Source of the DNA: Clostridia bacterium
GTDB lineage: Bacteria > Bacillota > Clostridia > Christensenellales > UBA3700
Reading direction: 5' to 3'
Assembly (NCBI GenBank): GCA_029061605.1
Contig: JAIDRT010000028.1
Span: 812 to 64,811 of the forward strand
Length of the DNA: 64,000 bases
The notes below the pieces were generated by a model, which was given only the letters and a program-made list of their open reading frames with translations, ran no database searches and had not been told where the DNA came from. Made by a program: the position numbers and the translations under genes. Positions 48,343-57,996 of this stretch are shown in pieces; the stretch's first letter is position 1, and the number at the start of each line of letters is the position of its first letter.

Positions 48343-49815
48343 ATGCAAAAAGTTCTTACGACAACTCAAATGGCTTATTGTGACAGCCGTACCATTGACG
48401 GCGGAATACCGTCAACGGAGTTAATGCGCAGAGTAGCCCAAGCAGTGTATGACAGCAGGGTATGGCAAGGCAGTGTCGCAATAATTTGCGGCAAAGGCAA
48501 CAATGGCGGAGACGGTCTTGCGCTTGCAGGCATTATGGCGGACAATGGAAAATATCCTCGCGTCTATCTTATGGGGGATATGAGCAAGGACGGCAGATAT
48601 TATTACGACGTTTTGCAAGACAAAGGTTATGAGCGTATTTATCCTATAAGCGAGTGCGATTATGACTTTGATATAATAGTCGACTGTATTTTTGGTACCG
48701 GATTTAAAGGACAGCCAAGACAGCAATACGCAGACGTGATAGACAAGATAAACGCAAGCCGAGCGTATAAGATAAGCGTGGATATTCCCAGCGGACTTGA
48801 CGGAGACAACGGAAGATACGTCGCTTGCGTAAAGGCTGACGAGACTATCACAGTTCAATACGCTAAGAGCGGGCTTTATCTCAACGACGGCAAGGATATG
48901 ACAGGAAGTTTATCTATCATTGACGTAGGGATCGGCTTGTATACCCAAGCGGCAAACGTTGTGGAAGAAAAAGACGTAGCCGCGCTTTTTCCAAGACGAA
49001 AACACAATACGCACAAAGGTACTTTTGGCAAGAGCGCAATATTGGGCGGTTGCGGAAATTATCTCGGCGCAGTCAGACTTGCCAATATGGGACTTTGCGC
49101 ATTGCGTAGCGGGGGCGGACTTAACGTAATTATCACACCCCAAAGTCACGTCAACAACGTACTGGGGACGGTAATGGAAAGCACTGTGATAGGCATAGCC
49201 GACGACAGAGGATATTTTGTCTTTGATAGGCAAGGTATTGACAGAGCGTTGCAGGGTGTGGATAGTTTGGCAATAGGTATGGGAATGGGTAACCGCTATA
49301 GCGAAAACGCAAAGATAATAGAGTATATTGTCGCAAATTATCCTATCAAGGTTATTATTGACGCCGACGGTCTTAATTCTCTTGCGTTAAATGTAGAAAT
49401 GCTCAAATGCGCAAAAGCGCAGATTATTCTCACGCCTCACGTAAAAGAGATGTCAAGGCTTTGCGATAAAAGTGTAGAGGAGATACTTGACGACCCGATA
49501 AGCATAGCAAGGTCATTTGCTGAAGAGTACAAAGTCACTGTTTTGCTCAAAGGCGCAAGCAGCGTGATTGCAGACGGCAGACAAGTATATATGATTACAA
49601 ATGGCGGAGCAGAACTCTCCAAAGGCGGCAGCGGAGATACGTTGAGCGGAGTAATGTTGGGTATGCTTTCGCAAGGAATACCGCCAACAGAGAGCGCATA
49701 TTCTTCGGCGTACCTTACAGCAAGGGTCGCAAAAGATTTGACAGAAGAGTATAGCGAGTATGGGGTGTTGCCCAGCGATGTGGCAAGGGCAATATGTAAA
49801 ATAATAACAAAGTAA
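48343..49815 (+). CDS. nnr: Bifunctional NAD(P)H-hydrate repair enzyme Nnr (epimerase + ADP-dependent dehydratase)
   Basis: 490 aa. YjeF-N motif GKGNNGGDGLA. C-terminal kinase-like GGSGDTLSG. Confidence 0.9.
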   Translation: MQKVLTTTQMAYCDSRTIDGGIPSTELMRRVAQAVYDSRVWQGSVAIICGKGNNGGDGLALAGIMADNGKYPRVYLMGDMSKDGRYYYDVLQDKGYERIYPISECDYDFDIIVDCIFGTGFKGQPRQQYADVIDKINASRAYKISVDIPSGLDGDNGRYVACVKADETITVQYAKSGLYLNDGKDMTGSLSIIDVGIGLYTQAANVVEEKDVAALFPRRKHNTHKGTFGKSAILGGCGNYLGAVRLANMGLCALRSGGGLNVIITPQSHVNNVLGTVMESTVIGIADDRGYFVFDRQGIDRALQGVDSLAIGMGMGNRYSENAKIIEYIVANYPIKVIIDADGLNSLALNVEMLKCAKAQIILTPHVKEMSRLCDKSVEEILDDPISIARSFAEEYKVTVLLKGASSVIADGRQVYMITNGGAELSKGGSGDTLSGVMLGMLSQGIPPTESAYSSAYLTARVAKDLTEEYSEYGVLPSDVARAICKIITK

Positions 49816-49818
49816 GTG

Positions 49819-49947
49819 ACCAAGCGCGTATATTAGCGCGCCTTCCGCTTGATCAGCGAGTCGACCTCGGGGTCACGTACGGTAAGTACGCTCACCGCTC
49901 AGTTGCCGTCTCACGGACAAAAATAACAGCACTCTCCACGCTCGCGC
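49819..49947 (+). repeat. GC-rich ~130-nt intergenic element, copy 2 (paralog of 41581-41710)
   Basis: Starts 4 nt after the nnr stop. Same ordered blocks as copy 1. Also followed by a 37-nt hairpin repeat. Confidence 0.7.
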
Positions 49948-49969
49948 AAAGCGAGATTAAACAAATATT

Positions 49970-50006
49970 GTCATTTCGACTGTAGCGTAGCGAAATGGAG
50001 AAATCT
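49970..50006 (+). repeat. Intergenic hairpin repeat, 37-nt form
   Basis: GTCATTTCGACTGTAGCGTAGCGAAATGGAGAAATCT. Confidence 0.85.
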
Positions 50007-50034
50007 AATCAGATTAAAAATAGGAGAAACATAT

Positions 50035-50667
50035 ATGAAAGTATTACTTATCAACGGAAGTAACAGAGCAAAAGGCTGTACCAATAGAGCGCTTGAAGAA
50101 GTCGCTAAGGTACTTGCGGAAAACGGTGTGGACTATGAGATATTCCAAGTCGGCAACGCGCCAATAAGAGATTGCATAGGCTGTCTGCAATGCGCGACCA
50201 AACTCAAGAACAATACCTGCGTGTTTGACGACGATATCGTCAATTCGCTTATCAAAAAGGCTAGCGAATGCGACGGCTTTGTCTTCGGCACGCCTGTGTA
50301 CTATGCGCACCCAAGCGGCAGGATACTGTCATTGCTAGACAGAGTATTTTACGCTGGTAGCAGAGTGTTTCGTCAAAAACCTGCGTTTGCCGTTGCGAGC
50401 GCAAGAAGAGCGGGTACTACCGCGTCTATAGACGTGCTCAACAAGTACTTTACTATAGCGCAAATGCCCATTGCTTCATCAAGTTATTGGAATATGGTAC
50501 ACGGCAATCAGCCTGAGCAAGTAGAGCAGGATTTGGAAGGCTTGCAGACAATGCGCAACGCCGCGCGCAATCTTGTGTGGCTTATGAAGTGCATCGAACT
50601 AGGTAAGCAGAACGGTATCCAGCCGCCGAAGAACGAGAGTGGAACTAGAACAAACTTTATAAGATAA
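50035..50667 (+). CDS. Flavodoxin-family NAD(P)H-dependent oxidoreductase / iron-sulfur flavoprotein-like protein
   Basis: 210 aa. Motifs INGSNRAKGCT, CIGCLQC and GTPVYYAHPSG. Confidence 0.85.
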   Translation: MKVLLINGSNRAKGCTNRALEEVAKVLAENGVDYEIFQVGNAPIRDCIGCLQCATKLKNNTCVFDDDIVNSLIKKASECDGFVFGTPVYYAHPSGRILSLLDRVFYAGSRVFRQKPAFAVASARRAGTTASIDVLNKYFTIAQMPIASSSYWNMVHGNQPEQVEQDLEGLQTMRNAARNLVWLMKCIELGKQNGIQPPKNESGTRTNFIR

Positions 50668-50673
50668 TTATAT

Positions 50674-50708
50674 GTCATTTCAACCGTAACAAAGCGAAGT
50701 CGAAACAT
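50674..50708 (+). repeat. Hairpin-repeat copy, partly degenerate
   Basis: GTCATTTCAACCGTAACAAAGCGAAGTCGAAACAT. Confidence 0.6.
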
Positions 50709-50715
50709 AACTTAA

Positions 50716-50747
50716 GATAGCGTACTTGCAACCGCAAGTACGCTATC
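50716..50747. terminator. Strong 14-bp hairpin between convergent genes (no clear U-tract)
   Basis: GATAGCGTACTTGC (50716-50729) pairs with GCAAGTACGCTATC (50734-50747). It abuts the mazF stop codon. Confidence 0.5.
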
Positions 50748-51089
50748 TCAATAAAAGCCTAGGCTTATCATAAGCGCTTGATTTATTTTTTGCATAGTAT
50801 CAAGCGGAACTTCGCCTATTTTGTCTTTGAGCCGCTTTTTATCAAGCGTACGTATTTGTTCGAGTAATACGACAGAATCTTTGTTTAGTCCGTAATCTCC
50901 TGCAGAAAGTTCTATATGCGTAGGCAATTTTGCCTTATTTATCTGGCTTGTCACAGCGGCGGCAATGACGGTGGGGCTGTATTTGTTACCCACGTCGTTT
51001 TGCACCACGAGGACGGGGCGGATACCGCCTTGTTCGCTTCCTACGACGGGACTAAGGTCTGCGTAATATAATTCGCCTCTTTTTATCAT
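50748..51089 (-). CDS. mazF: MazF/PemK-family endoribonuclease toxin
   Basis: 113 aa. Sequence [48 protein letters not shown] is near-canonical for EndoA/MazF. RBS GGAG. Confidence 0.9.
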   Translation of the reverse strand: MIKRGELYYADLSPVVGSEQGGIRPVLVVQNDVGNKYSPTVIAAAVTSQINKAKLPTHIELSAGDYGLNKDSVVLLEQIRTLDKKRLKDKIGEVPLDTMQKINQALMISLGFY

Positions 51090-51414
51090 AATAATTCTCC
51101 ACAGCGTTAGTCCTGATAAATTATATGCAATTTATCGGTTTAAAGTTATTGTTGACAAGACTTTTGGATTTTATGCAGGCAAAATTTTTGAAAAAACAGA
51201 GTAGAAGCAATACTCAATGGCGGTCGGCAAATTGTAAATATTAAGATATTATAATAATGCTTTGATAATTTATTACTGTTGATATTGACAAAATTATAAT
51301 ATTATATAATTTAATATATTTTTAATATTAAGGTATTGACCTCAAATTTTTTTTATGATATTATAGATATAATGTAAATTACAAAATCTTCGTTACATTT
51401 AAGGAAAGGAAATT

Positions 51415-53169
51415 ATGGCTTCACTAAATGAAAACAAACTTCTTCGAAAGTTCTTCGGCACAGATCCGACGAAAAAAGAAGAAATGCAACCAAAAGAAGT
51501 TTTGTCTTATTCCGTAGCAGGTCTCGGACAGAACATCATCTGTCAATTAGTCACCACGTTCTTTATGGTCTATATGACTGAAGTTGCGGGCGTATCGGCA
51601 TTGTGGCTTGCTTGGATGTTCCTTGCAGCAAGACTTTTTGACGCATTCAACGATCCTGTTATGGGTACTTTGGTAGACAAGACTCACAGCAAGTGGGGTA
51701 AGATGAGACCTTATTTGGTATTCTCGCCTATACCTATTGCCGTACTTACGATTTTACTCTTTACGTCGTTTAATTGGTCACCGCAAGCAAAATTTGCGTA
51801 TTCCACGGTGATTTATTTGATGTGGGGTATAGCGTATACGTCCGTAGACGTTCCGTATTGGGGATTGGCTTCGTCAATGACTTCTGATACAGACAAGAGA
51901 AATACGCTTTTGACAGTAGCGCGTCTCTTCTCAACGATTGGTAGCGGTATCGTATCCGTCCTTGTTCCTCTCGTGACAGATTCCAAGACTGTTGGAAAAG
52001 ACAATTTGACGTGGATTTATATCGTGGTCGCTATCGTCAGCGTATTGATAGCCGTTCCGACTTTCTGGCTTGGATTTAAGAACAGCAAAGAGAGATTCTA
52101 CGACGAGAAGAGTACTACTACGCTTAAAGAAAATTTAAAACTTCTTTCAAAAAACAAGCCTGTCCTTCTTATGATATTGATGGGTATAATCGGCGGTCTT
52201 CGTACGATATATATGACCACCGCTATATACTATGCTAAGTATAATTTGCAAAGTCAAGGTTTGGCTTCAGTAATCTTCCTTTTGGTTGTGCCTGGCGGTT
52301 TGCTTGCAACCTTGCTTACGCCGGTGCTTTCCAAGAAATTGGGTAAGAGAGATATATTGATATGGTCGCACCTTGTAGGCGGTATCTTGCTTGTAGTATT
52401 GTACTTCATAGGTTTGCCGTCAAACGGTACTAGTACGGCTGCACAGATTTTCTTCTACATCATTATTATCTTGGCAGGTATACCTTCTGGATTTACAAAC
52501 ATTCTTACATATTCAATGATTGCAGACTCTATTGACTATCTTGAAGACAAGACAGGCAAGAGAGCGGAAGGTATTTGCTTCTCAATGCAGACGCTCATAT
52601 CCAAGATTGGTATGGCTCTTACGGCTTTCGTAACATTGATGGTACTCGGTAGTTACGGCTATGACGAACTTGATGTCAAGGACGTTACGCCAGAACTTGT
52701 TGCAACTCCTGAATTCCAAAGCGTAATCAAAGGTAACTGGATGGCAACTACGCTTTTGTGCGGACTTTCAATGGCTGCTTGCGTAATTCCTCTTTTCTTC
52801 TATACCTTTACTGAAAAGAGACAGGTTGAGGCTGTTGCAAGAGTTATGGCAAGAAAGAAAGCCGCTGGCACTATGAACGAGGCTGAGGCGAGCGAGTTTA
52901 TAGAACAACTTAAGAACGTTGACGCAAAGACTCAAGAGAGAACTTATACTCAAGTTGCAGAAATTCTCGGTTGGGAAAATGCAGACGTGGTAAGAGCGTT
53001 TATCGTTGAGTCTGAAAATTCCAAGTCTACGGCAGACGTAGTTGAGGAAAATGTTGAGAACGTCTTTGAAGATGCAGGCATCAAGCAAGACGTAGACAGC
53101 GTAAAAGTTGAAGAAGAAGTAAAAGAAGAAGTTGCTGAAGAAGACGGCAAATCTGATTTTAACGAATAA
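51415..53169 (+). CDS. GPH-family (MelB-like) glycoside/cation symporter of the MFS superfamily, with an acidic C-terminal extension
   Basis: 584 aa. 12 TM helices, with the GPH-type N-terminal motif (RLFDAFNDPVMGTLVDKT). The last ~130 aa are a soluble, Glu-rich tail. Confidence 0.85.
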   Translation: MASLNENKLLRKFFGTDPTKKEEMQPKEVLSYSVAGLGQNIICQLVTTFFMVYMTEVAGVSALWLAWMFLAARLFDAFNDPVMGTLVDKTHSKWGKMRPYLVFSPIPIAVLTILLFTSFNWSPQAKFAYSTVIYLMWGIAYTSVDVPYWGLASSMTSDTDKRNTLLTVARLFSTIGSGIVSVLVPLVTDSKTVGKDNLTWIYIVVAIVSVLIAVPTFWLGFKNSKERFYDEKSTTTLKENLKLLSKNKPVLLMILMGIIGGLRTIYMTTAIYYAKYNLQSQGLASVIFLLVVPGGLLATLLTPVLSKKLGKRDILIWSHLVGGILLVVLYFIGLPSNGTSTAAQIFFYIIIILAGIPSGFTNILTYSMIADSIDYLEDKTGKRAEGICFSMQTLISKIGMALTAFVTLMVLGSYGYDELDVKDVTPELVATPEFQSVIKGNWMATTLLCGLSMAACVIPLFFYTFTEKRQVEAVARVMARKKAAGTMNEAEASEFIEQLKNVDAKTQERTYTQVAEILGWENADVVRAFIVESENSKSTADVVEENVENVFEDAGIKQDVDSVKVEEEVKEEVAEEDGKSDFNE

Positions 53170-53191
53170 TTATACTCTTAAAACAAAATAA

Positions 53192-53224
53192 TTCAAAGGC
53201 TATCCGTTTGCGGTAGCCTTTGAA
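53192..53224 (+). terminator. Hairpin after the transporter gene (weak or no U-tract)
   Basis: TTCAAAGGCTATCCG / CGGTAGCCTTTGAA with one bulged T. Confidence 0.4.
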
Positions 53225-53240
53225 AAAGTAATAGGTGAAT

Positions 53241-54773
53241 ATGGCATCATATACGTCTTTATACAGAAAATACAGACCCGACACTTTTGATAAGATGTTG
53301 GGTCAAAAGCATATTATCAAGACCTTGTCGAATGCGGTACTTGCGGGCAAAATTTCGCACGCTTATCTTTTTACTGGTACTCGGGGCACAGGTAAGACGT
53401 CTACCGCCAAGATTTTTGCCAAAGCAATCAACTGTTTGTCTCCGCATAGCGACGGATCACCGTGCGGAGTATGCGAAGTATGCAAAGCGCTTTCAAGTCC
53501 CAATAATATGGATATATTGGAGATGGACGCGGCGTCTAACAACAGCGTAGACGATATCAGAGACTTGATAGAAAAGGTCAAGTACGTGCCTGTTGCTTGC
53601 AAATATAAAGTTTATATTATAGACGAAGTCCATATGCTTACTATGCAGGCTTTCAATGCGCTTCTCAAGACATTGGAAGAGCCGCCCGAGCATACGGTCT
53701 TTATACTTGCAACTACTGAAGTCCACAAACTTCCGCAGACGATTTTGTCTCGTTGTATGAGATTTGATTTCAGATTGCTTTCAACAATAGAACTTGCCAA
53801 CTATCTGGCAGGAATATTTGACAAAGAAGGAAGAGAATATCAAAAAGAAGCGGTGCGCGCTATTGCCGAGGCGGGAGACGGAAGCGTGAGAGATATGCTT
53901 TCGGTTGCCGATATGTGTCTGTCTTATACGCAAGAAAAACTCACTTACGACGACGTACTTGAAGTCTTGGGCGCAAGTTCGCCTAAGTTGGTTGTTGAAC
54001 TTTGCTCTGCGATCATAGACCACGACGCAAAAAAAGCGTTGGAGATAACTGACAAAATAGTTTCGCTTGGCAAGAGCGTAGCGTTGCTTGCAAGAGATAT
54101 ATCCAAAATGATGCGAGCAATGCTTTATATTCTCAACTGTTCCAATGCAAATTCGTTTTTGTCGTTGCCAAAAGATATTTACGACTCGCTAGTTGCAGTT
54201 GCGAATAATACTGACAATGGGTCTTTGGTACGTATTATTGAGATATTTGTCAATATAGAAAACGAGTTGCGTACGTCATCTTCGCCAATAATTACTTTGG
54301 AGATGAGTGTAGTCAAGGCGTGCGATTTGACTATAGATCTTGACGGAGACGCTGTTATAAGAAGATTAAAAGACGTAGAGTCAAAGATAAGGACTATGGC
54401 AAAACACTTTGGAGACGCTGACGATTCACTCAAACTTGATTTGGGAGAAGTGTGGGGATTTTTGCTCAACTCCATTAAAGGAAGCGGGTCACAGCAAGCC
54501 TATACTTGCGCCGCGGGAATTACAGGCGAAGATTTGAATTTTGATAACGGCGTGCTGTATATAAAAGTTGAGAGCGAAAAAAATCTTCCTGTGATAAAAC
54601 AGTATCTTAAGCAATTTGAGAATATAATTCGAAAGAGATACTTTGAGATAACTGCCGTTGAGATAAGTTTTTTTGACAAAGAGAAGGCGCTTAACAACGA
54701 CGTAAAGAAAGTGCAGGATTTGTTTGACGAAGAAATGGTCAACGTCACAAATTCAAAAAACGTCAATTCTTAA
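53241..54773 (+). CDS. dnaX: DNA polymerase III subunit gamma/tau
   Basis: N-terminus SLYRKYRP, P-loop GTRGTGKTS, Zn module CGVCEVC, DEVHML and SRC motifs. ATG 53241 is preferred over GTG 53235. Confidence 0.9.
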   Translation: MASYTSLYRKYRPDTFDKMLGQKHIIKTLSNAVLAGKISHAYLFTGTRGTGKTSTAKIFAKAINCLSPHSDGSPCGVCEVCKALSSPNNMDILEMDAASNNSVDDIRDLIEKVKYVPVACKYKVYIIDEVHMLTMQAFNALLKTLEEPPEHTVFILATTEVHKLPQTILSRCMRFDFRLLSTIELANYLAGIFDKEGREYQKEAVRAIAEAGDGSVRDMLSVADMCLSYTQEKLTYDDVLEVLGASSPKLVVELCSAIIDHDAKKALEITDKIVSLGKSVALLARDISKMMRAMLYILNCSNANSFLSLPKDIYDSLVAVANNTDNGSLVRIIEIFVNIENELRTSSSPIITLEMSVVKACDLTIDLDGDAVIRRLKDVESKIRTMAKHFGDADDSLKLDLGEVWGFLLNSIKGSGSQQAYTCAAGITGEDLNFDNGVLYIKVESEKNLPVIKQYLKQFENIIRKRYFEITAVEISFFDKEKALNNDVKKVQDLFDEEMVNVTNSKNVNS

Positions 54774-54790
54774 TTGAAGAAATAGATATT

Positions 54791-54817
54791 GTCATATTGA
54801 GGAAAGTTGAGAAAATT
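54791..54817 (+). repeat. Degenerate short-form hairpin repeat
   Basis: GTCATATTGAGGAAAGTTGAGAAAATT. Confidence 0.5.
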
Positions 54818-54828
54818 AAATATAATAT

Positions 54829-54855
54829 GTCATTTTGAGCGAAGTCGAGAAATTT
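54829..54855 (+). repeat. Intergenic hairpin repeat, 27-nt short form
   Basis: GTCATTTTGAGCGAAGTCGAGAAATTT. Confidence 0.75.
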
Positions 54856-54950
54856 CAATCCGATTAGCAAATAAGTAATCATAAGGCATATAAAATTTAA
54901 CTAATAAATATTGATATAAAATTATAATTATAAAGGAGTGTAAATAGATT

Positions 54951-55277
54951 ATGGGTAAATTTGGCGGTTTTGGCGGTGGAATGGGCAATATGCAACAACT
55001 TATGCGTCAAGCGCAAAAAATGCAGCAAGAAATGATGGAGGCTCAAGAAGAACTCAAGACTATCGAGGTCACAGGCACAAGCGGCGGCGGACTTGTAGAA
55101 GTCACTATGACGTGTGAAAAACAAGTTTCGGCGGTTAAGATCAAGCCGGAGGCTGTTGATCCTGACGATATTGAGATGCTTGAGGATCTAATCGTAGCGT
55201 CTTTTAACGACGCAACTGCAAAGGCAGAGGAGATCAGAGAGCAAAAACTCGGCAAGTTTGCAGGGCTCGGTGTATAA
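54951..55277 (+). CDS. ybaB: Nucleoid-associated protein YbaB/EbfC
   Basis: 108 aa. Motifs MQQLMRQAQKMQQEM and GGGLVEVTM. Conserved dnaX-ybaB-recR context. Confidence 0.9.
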   Translation: MGKFGGFGGGMGNMQQLMRQAQKMQQEMMEAQEELKTIEVTGTSGGGLVEVTMTCEKQVSAVKIKPEAVDPDDIEMLEDLIVASFNDATAKAEEIREQKLGKFAGLGV

Positions 55278-55279
55278 AA

Positions 55280-55864
55280 ATGGCTTATTTTCAACCTTTG
55301 TCACGATTGGTTGCGCAATTTTCCAAGTTGCCTGGCGTAGGCGCAAAGACGGCTCAACGATACGCGTATAAGATCATCAATATGAGCGAAGATGAAGTAC
55401 AGGAATTTGCTCAAGCGCTTACGGAAACAAAGAAGAGTATTCATTACTGTTCGGTTTGCGGTAATTATACAGACGGCGACGTTTGCGAGATATGCTCCTC
55501 GAGAGACGCTTCCGTCATTTGCGTAGTCAAGGAGCCAAAAGACGTAATCGCATTTGAGAAAATCAAAGACTACCACGGAGTATATCACGTGCTTCAAGGC
55601 ACGCTAAATCCAATGCAGGGCATTGGCGTAGACGATATCCGCATCAAAGAGTTAATGGGTAGACTTGTGGGAGTAAAAGAAGTCATTATGGCTACCAATC
55701 CTGATATTGACGGAGAGGCGACTGCAACGTATATTGCTAGACTTATCAAGCCTATGGGTATCAAAGTTACGCGTCTCGCCAGCGGTATTTCTATGGGAAG
55801 CGATATAGAATATGCAGATGAAGTGTCGCTTTCGCGCGCTTTGGCGGATCGTAAGGAGTACTGA
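55280..55864 (+). CDS. recR: Recombination protein RecR
   Basis: 194 aa. HhH motif KLPGVGAKTAQR, Cys4 Zn finger (CSVCGN...CEIC), Toprim domain. Confidence 0.95.
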   Translation: MAYFQPLSRLVAQFSKLPGVGAKTAQRYAYKIINMSEDEVQEFAQALTETKKSIHYCSVCGNYTDGDVCEICSSRDASVICVVKEPKDVIAFEKIKDYHGVYHVLQGTLNPMQGIGVDDIRIKELMGRLVGVKEVIMATNPDIDGEATATYIARLIKPMGIKVTRLASGISMGSDIEYADEVSLSRALADRKEY

Positions 55865-55894
55865 TTACTTTGTAATCAATAGTTATATTAAAAA

Positions 55895-55923
55895 GCGGTA
55901 TACTGGCAAGTATACCGCTTTTT
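55895..55923 (+). terminator. Intrinsic terminator after recR
   Basis: GCGGTATACT (55895-55904) pairs with AGTATACCGC (55909-55918), a 4-nt loop, then T5. Confidence 0.9.
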
Positions 55924-55949
55924 AGTTATGGATAATTAAATTAGATTTA

Positions 55950-55986
55950 AGACCTTTCGACTGCACTTCGTTACGCTCAAGGTGAC
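55950..55986 (-). repeat. Intergenic hairpin repeat, inverted orientation (ACCTT/AAGGT stem)
   Basis: The reverse complement reads GTCACCTTGAGCGTAACGAAGTGCAGTCGAAAGGTCT. Confidence 0.85.
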
Positions 55987-56017
55987 TCGTTTTGAGCGGA
56001 AGTATCACCTTGAACGC
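55987..56017 (+). repeat. Degenerate repeat unit between two intact copies
   Basis: TCGTTTTGAGCGGAAGTATCACCTTGAACGC. It resembles unit 2 of the 62-kb array. Confidence 0.4.
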
Positions 56018-56054
56018 GTCATTCTGAGCGGAGTGTAACGAAGTCGAAGAATCT
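56018..56054 (+). repeat. Intergenic hairpin repeat, 37-nt form (ATTCT/AGAAT stem)
   Basis: GTCATTCTGAGCGGAGTGTAACGAAGTCGAAGAATCT. Confidence 0.85.
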
Positions 56055-56075
56055 AAATCAAACAAATATCCTTAA

Positions 56076-56112
56076 ATTAAAAGAGATTGTTCAATTTGAA
56101 CAATCTCTTTTA
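56076..56112. terminator. Bidirectional intrinsic terminator (serves galT on the minus strand)
   Basis: AGAGATTGTTC (56082-56092) pairs with GAACAATCTCT (56098-56108). A/T runs on both sides. Confidence 0.8.
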
Positions 56113-56183
56113 TATAACTCCGACGAAGTCGGATTATAACTCGTTATAGGCGAATATATCTGTTGCAAGGCGATAATATAAGT

Positions 56184-57719
56184 TTAACTCTCTTTATAGC
56201 CCAGTCCTTGCTCAATAAATTTGACAAATGCTTCTTGTCCTTTCTCGTCGTTTTTGAAAACAGCGGTGCATTCAAGAATTTGTTCGCAAGCGTCGTTGAC
56301 GTAATTCGTCACAACTCGGTCAGCATAGACTCTGTCGCGGTTGGAGCCGTGGTCATTGACAAGTTGAATTATCGTCTGCGCGTGTTTGAACATTGGGTTT
56401 TCAGAATCGCTCAATTCTTTGAAGTCGATATTTTTATTGCCTGTGAGATAGTCTTTTATCACTTCAAGTTCGGTTTTGAGTCTGCCGGGGAGAATGAACA
56501 GTCCCATTACTTCAATTATTCCAATACCTTCTTTCTTTATGTTGTGCAACCTTTCTTCAGGGTGGAATATTCCGTATGGGTGCGTTTCGTCAGTGCGGTT
56601 GTTACGGAGTATCATATCTATGACATAAGTATCTCCTTCCTTGCGAGCAATAGGCGTAACCGCGTTGTGTTGTTCGTTAGTCTTGCATATTACGTTGACG
56701 CTTTCGTCTGTCCAAGTTGACCAGCAGTTGAGTACGTCGCTAGCCACCTCGTGTACTTCAAATTTGGTTTTACCGCTTACTCTAACGACGCTGTTGTACC
56801 AATCGGCAATGCTGACGGACACGTCCTTGTATTTTCCGCTGACATAGTTTTTGCGAGTGCCTACAGAAAACATAGGCAAGACTTTGCTTCCGCCTTGATA
56901 GTGGTCGTGCGTAAGTATTGAACCGCCTACTATGGGTAGAGCAGCGTTTGAACCAATAAAGTAATGGGGGAATAGATCTACAAAGTCCATCAGTCTATAC
57001 AAAGTATCGCTGTTGACTGCCATAGGACGGTGCTCATTGGATAGCGCTATGATATGCTCGTGATAATACTGATAAGGCGAATATTGAATGGACCAATTTT
57101 CTCCGCCTAATTTAATTGGGATAATTCTCAACGTTTGACGCGCAGGGTGGTTTAGATTGCCTGCAAAACCCACGTTCTCAGTGCATAGCAAGCAGGCCGG
57201 ATAACCTGTCTTTGGCATAAGTTTTGCCAAAGCAATTTGTTTTGGGTCTTTCTCTGGTTTGGAAAGATTTATCGTGATTTCAATATTTCCGAATTTTCCA
57301 TAGTGCTGCCACTTGATATTCTTGCGTATGTCAGCCATACGGATATAGTTGTTGGCAATGGACATATTGAATAGCCAATCCGTTGCGGACTGTATTCCTT
57401 TGTTTGAGGCGATAGTATCAAACTTATCAACTACGCTTGACGGCATAGGCGTGACAGCGCCCAACAATTTTGTCTCAAAGAGTAGTCTTTCCTCTTCTTT
57501 TGCCATACCGTTTTGTACTGCGTATTCTACTATCGGGTCAACGATTTCGCTCTGGAAGTCGCCGTACGGAGCGCATTCTTGCGCAGGCGCGCCCAAGGAA
57601 AACATATCAAGCAGAGTATTGGTGACAAATGCCTCGTCTTCTGCGCGAAGAGACAGATTGTCTTTGGCATAATCCACAAGTTGTTTTAGTTTTGATTTTA
57701 AAGTGTTTTGATCTATCAT
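56184..57719 (-). CDS. galT: UDP-glucose--hexose-1-phosphate uridylyltransferase GalT (long Gram-positive type)
   Basis: Start ATG 57719 (MIDQNTLKSKL) with RBS GAGG. Motif SILTHDHYQGG. About 512 aa. Confidence 0.85.
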   Translation of the reverse strand: MIDQNTLKSKLKQLVDYAKDNLSLRAEDEAFVTNTLLDMFSLGAPAQECAPYGDFQSEIVDPIVEYAVQNGMAKEEERLLFETKLLGAVTPMPSSVVDKFDTIASNKGIQSATDWLFNMSIANNYIRMADIRKNIKWQHYGKFGNIEITINLSKPEKDPKQIALAKLMPKTGYPACLLCTENVGFAGNLNHPARQTLRIIPIKLGGENWSIQYSPYQYYHEHIIALSNEHRPMAVNSDTLYRLMDFVDLFPHYFIGSNAALPIVGGSILTHDHYQGGSKVLPMFSVGTRKNYVSGKYKDVSVSIADWYNSVVRVSGKTKFEVHEVASDVLNCWSTWTDESVNVICKTNEQHNAVTPIARKEGDTYVIDMILRNNRTDETHPYGIFHPEERLHNIKKEGIGIIEVMGLFILPGRLKTELEVIKDYLTGNKNIDFKELSDSENPMFKHAQTIIQLVNDHGSNRDRVYADRVVTNYVNDACEQILECTAVFKNDEKGQEAFVKFIEQGLGYKES

Positions 57720-57996
57720 AAAAACCTCGCAAAGTTTGTTGAATTTTGTTAAAAATTTTACTATATACATTATAGTATACTTTAAAAGATTTTGCAATAC
57801 TTACGACATATAATACTAAAATTATTTGTAAGTTTATGGAAAAATATATAAGCCTAAATTTTTCCGAAACTTAAGTTTTCTTTGACAATGACGTAAAAAA
57901 TATATTCAATTAAACTATTTACAATATTATTATACTGTGCTATAATGTTTTTGAGTATGATAACATTACTTAATATTGCTAAATTATGAGGTAAGT

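Noticed and set aside
41581-49947. The two ~130-nt similar elements considered as a diversity-generating retroelement TR/VR pair.
   Set aside because: Both copies lie outside coding sequence, just after stop codons. The differences are not restricted to adenine positions, and no reverse transcriptase gene is present in the window.
53170-53240. An SRP RNA (scr/ffs), which precedes dnaX in Bacillus.
   Set aside because: Only 70 nt are available, containing a simple hairpin. The conserved domain IV motifs were not seen.
54029-54035. An A7 run (GCA AAA AAA GCG) in dnaX, considered as a programmed -1 frameshift site producing a gamma subunit as in E. coli.
   Set aside because: A -1 shift would stop after 5 codons, at about residue 270. 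That is before the end of the clamp-loader domain III, which is needed for assembly. I saw no downstream stimulatory hairpin, so it is most likely just a Lys-Lys codon pair.
56163-56720. A 185-aa plus-strand ORF opposite the galT 3' region. The same reasoning applies to 12306-12827, 20359-20913 and 46418-46990, which lie opposite other genes.
   Set aside because: These are antisense shadow ORFs of confidently identified genes and carry no independent coding signal.
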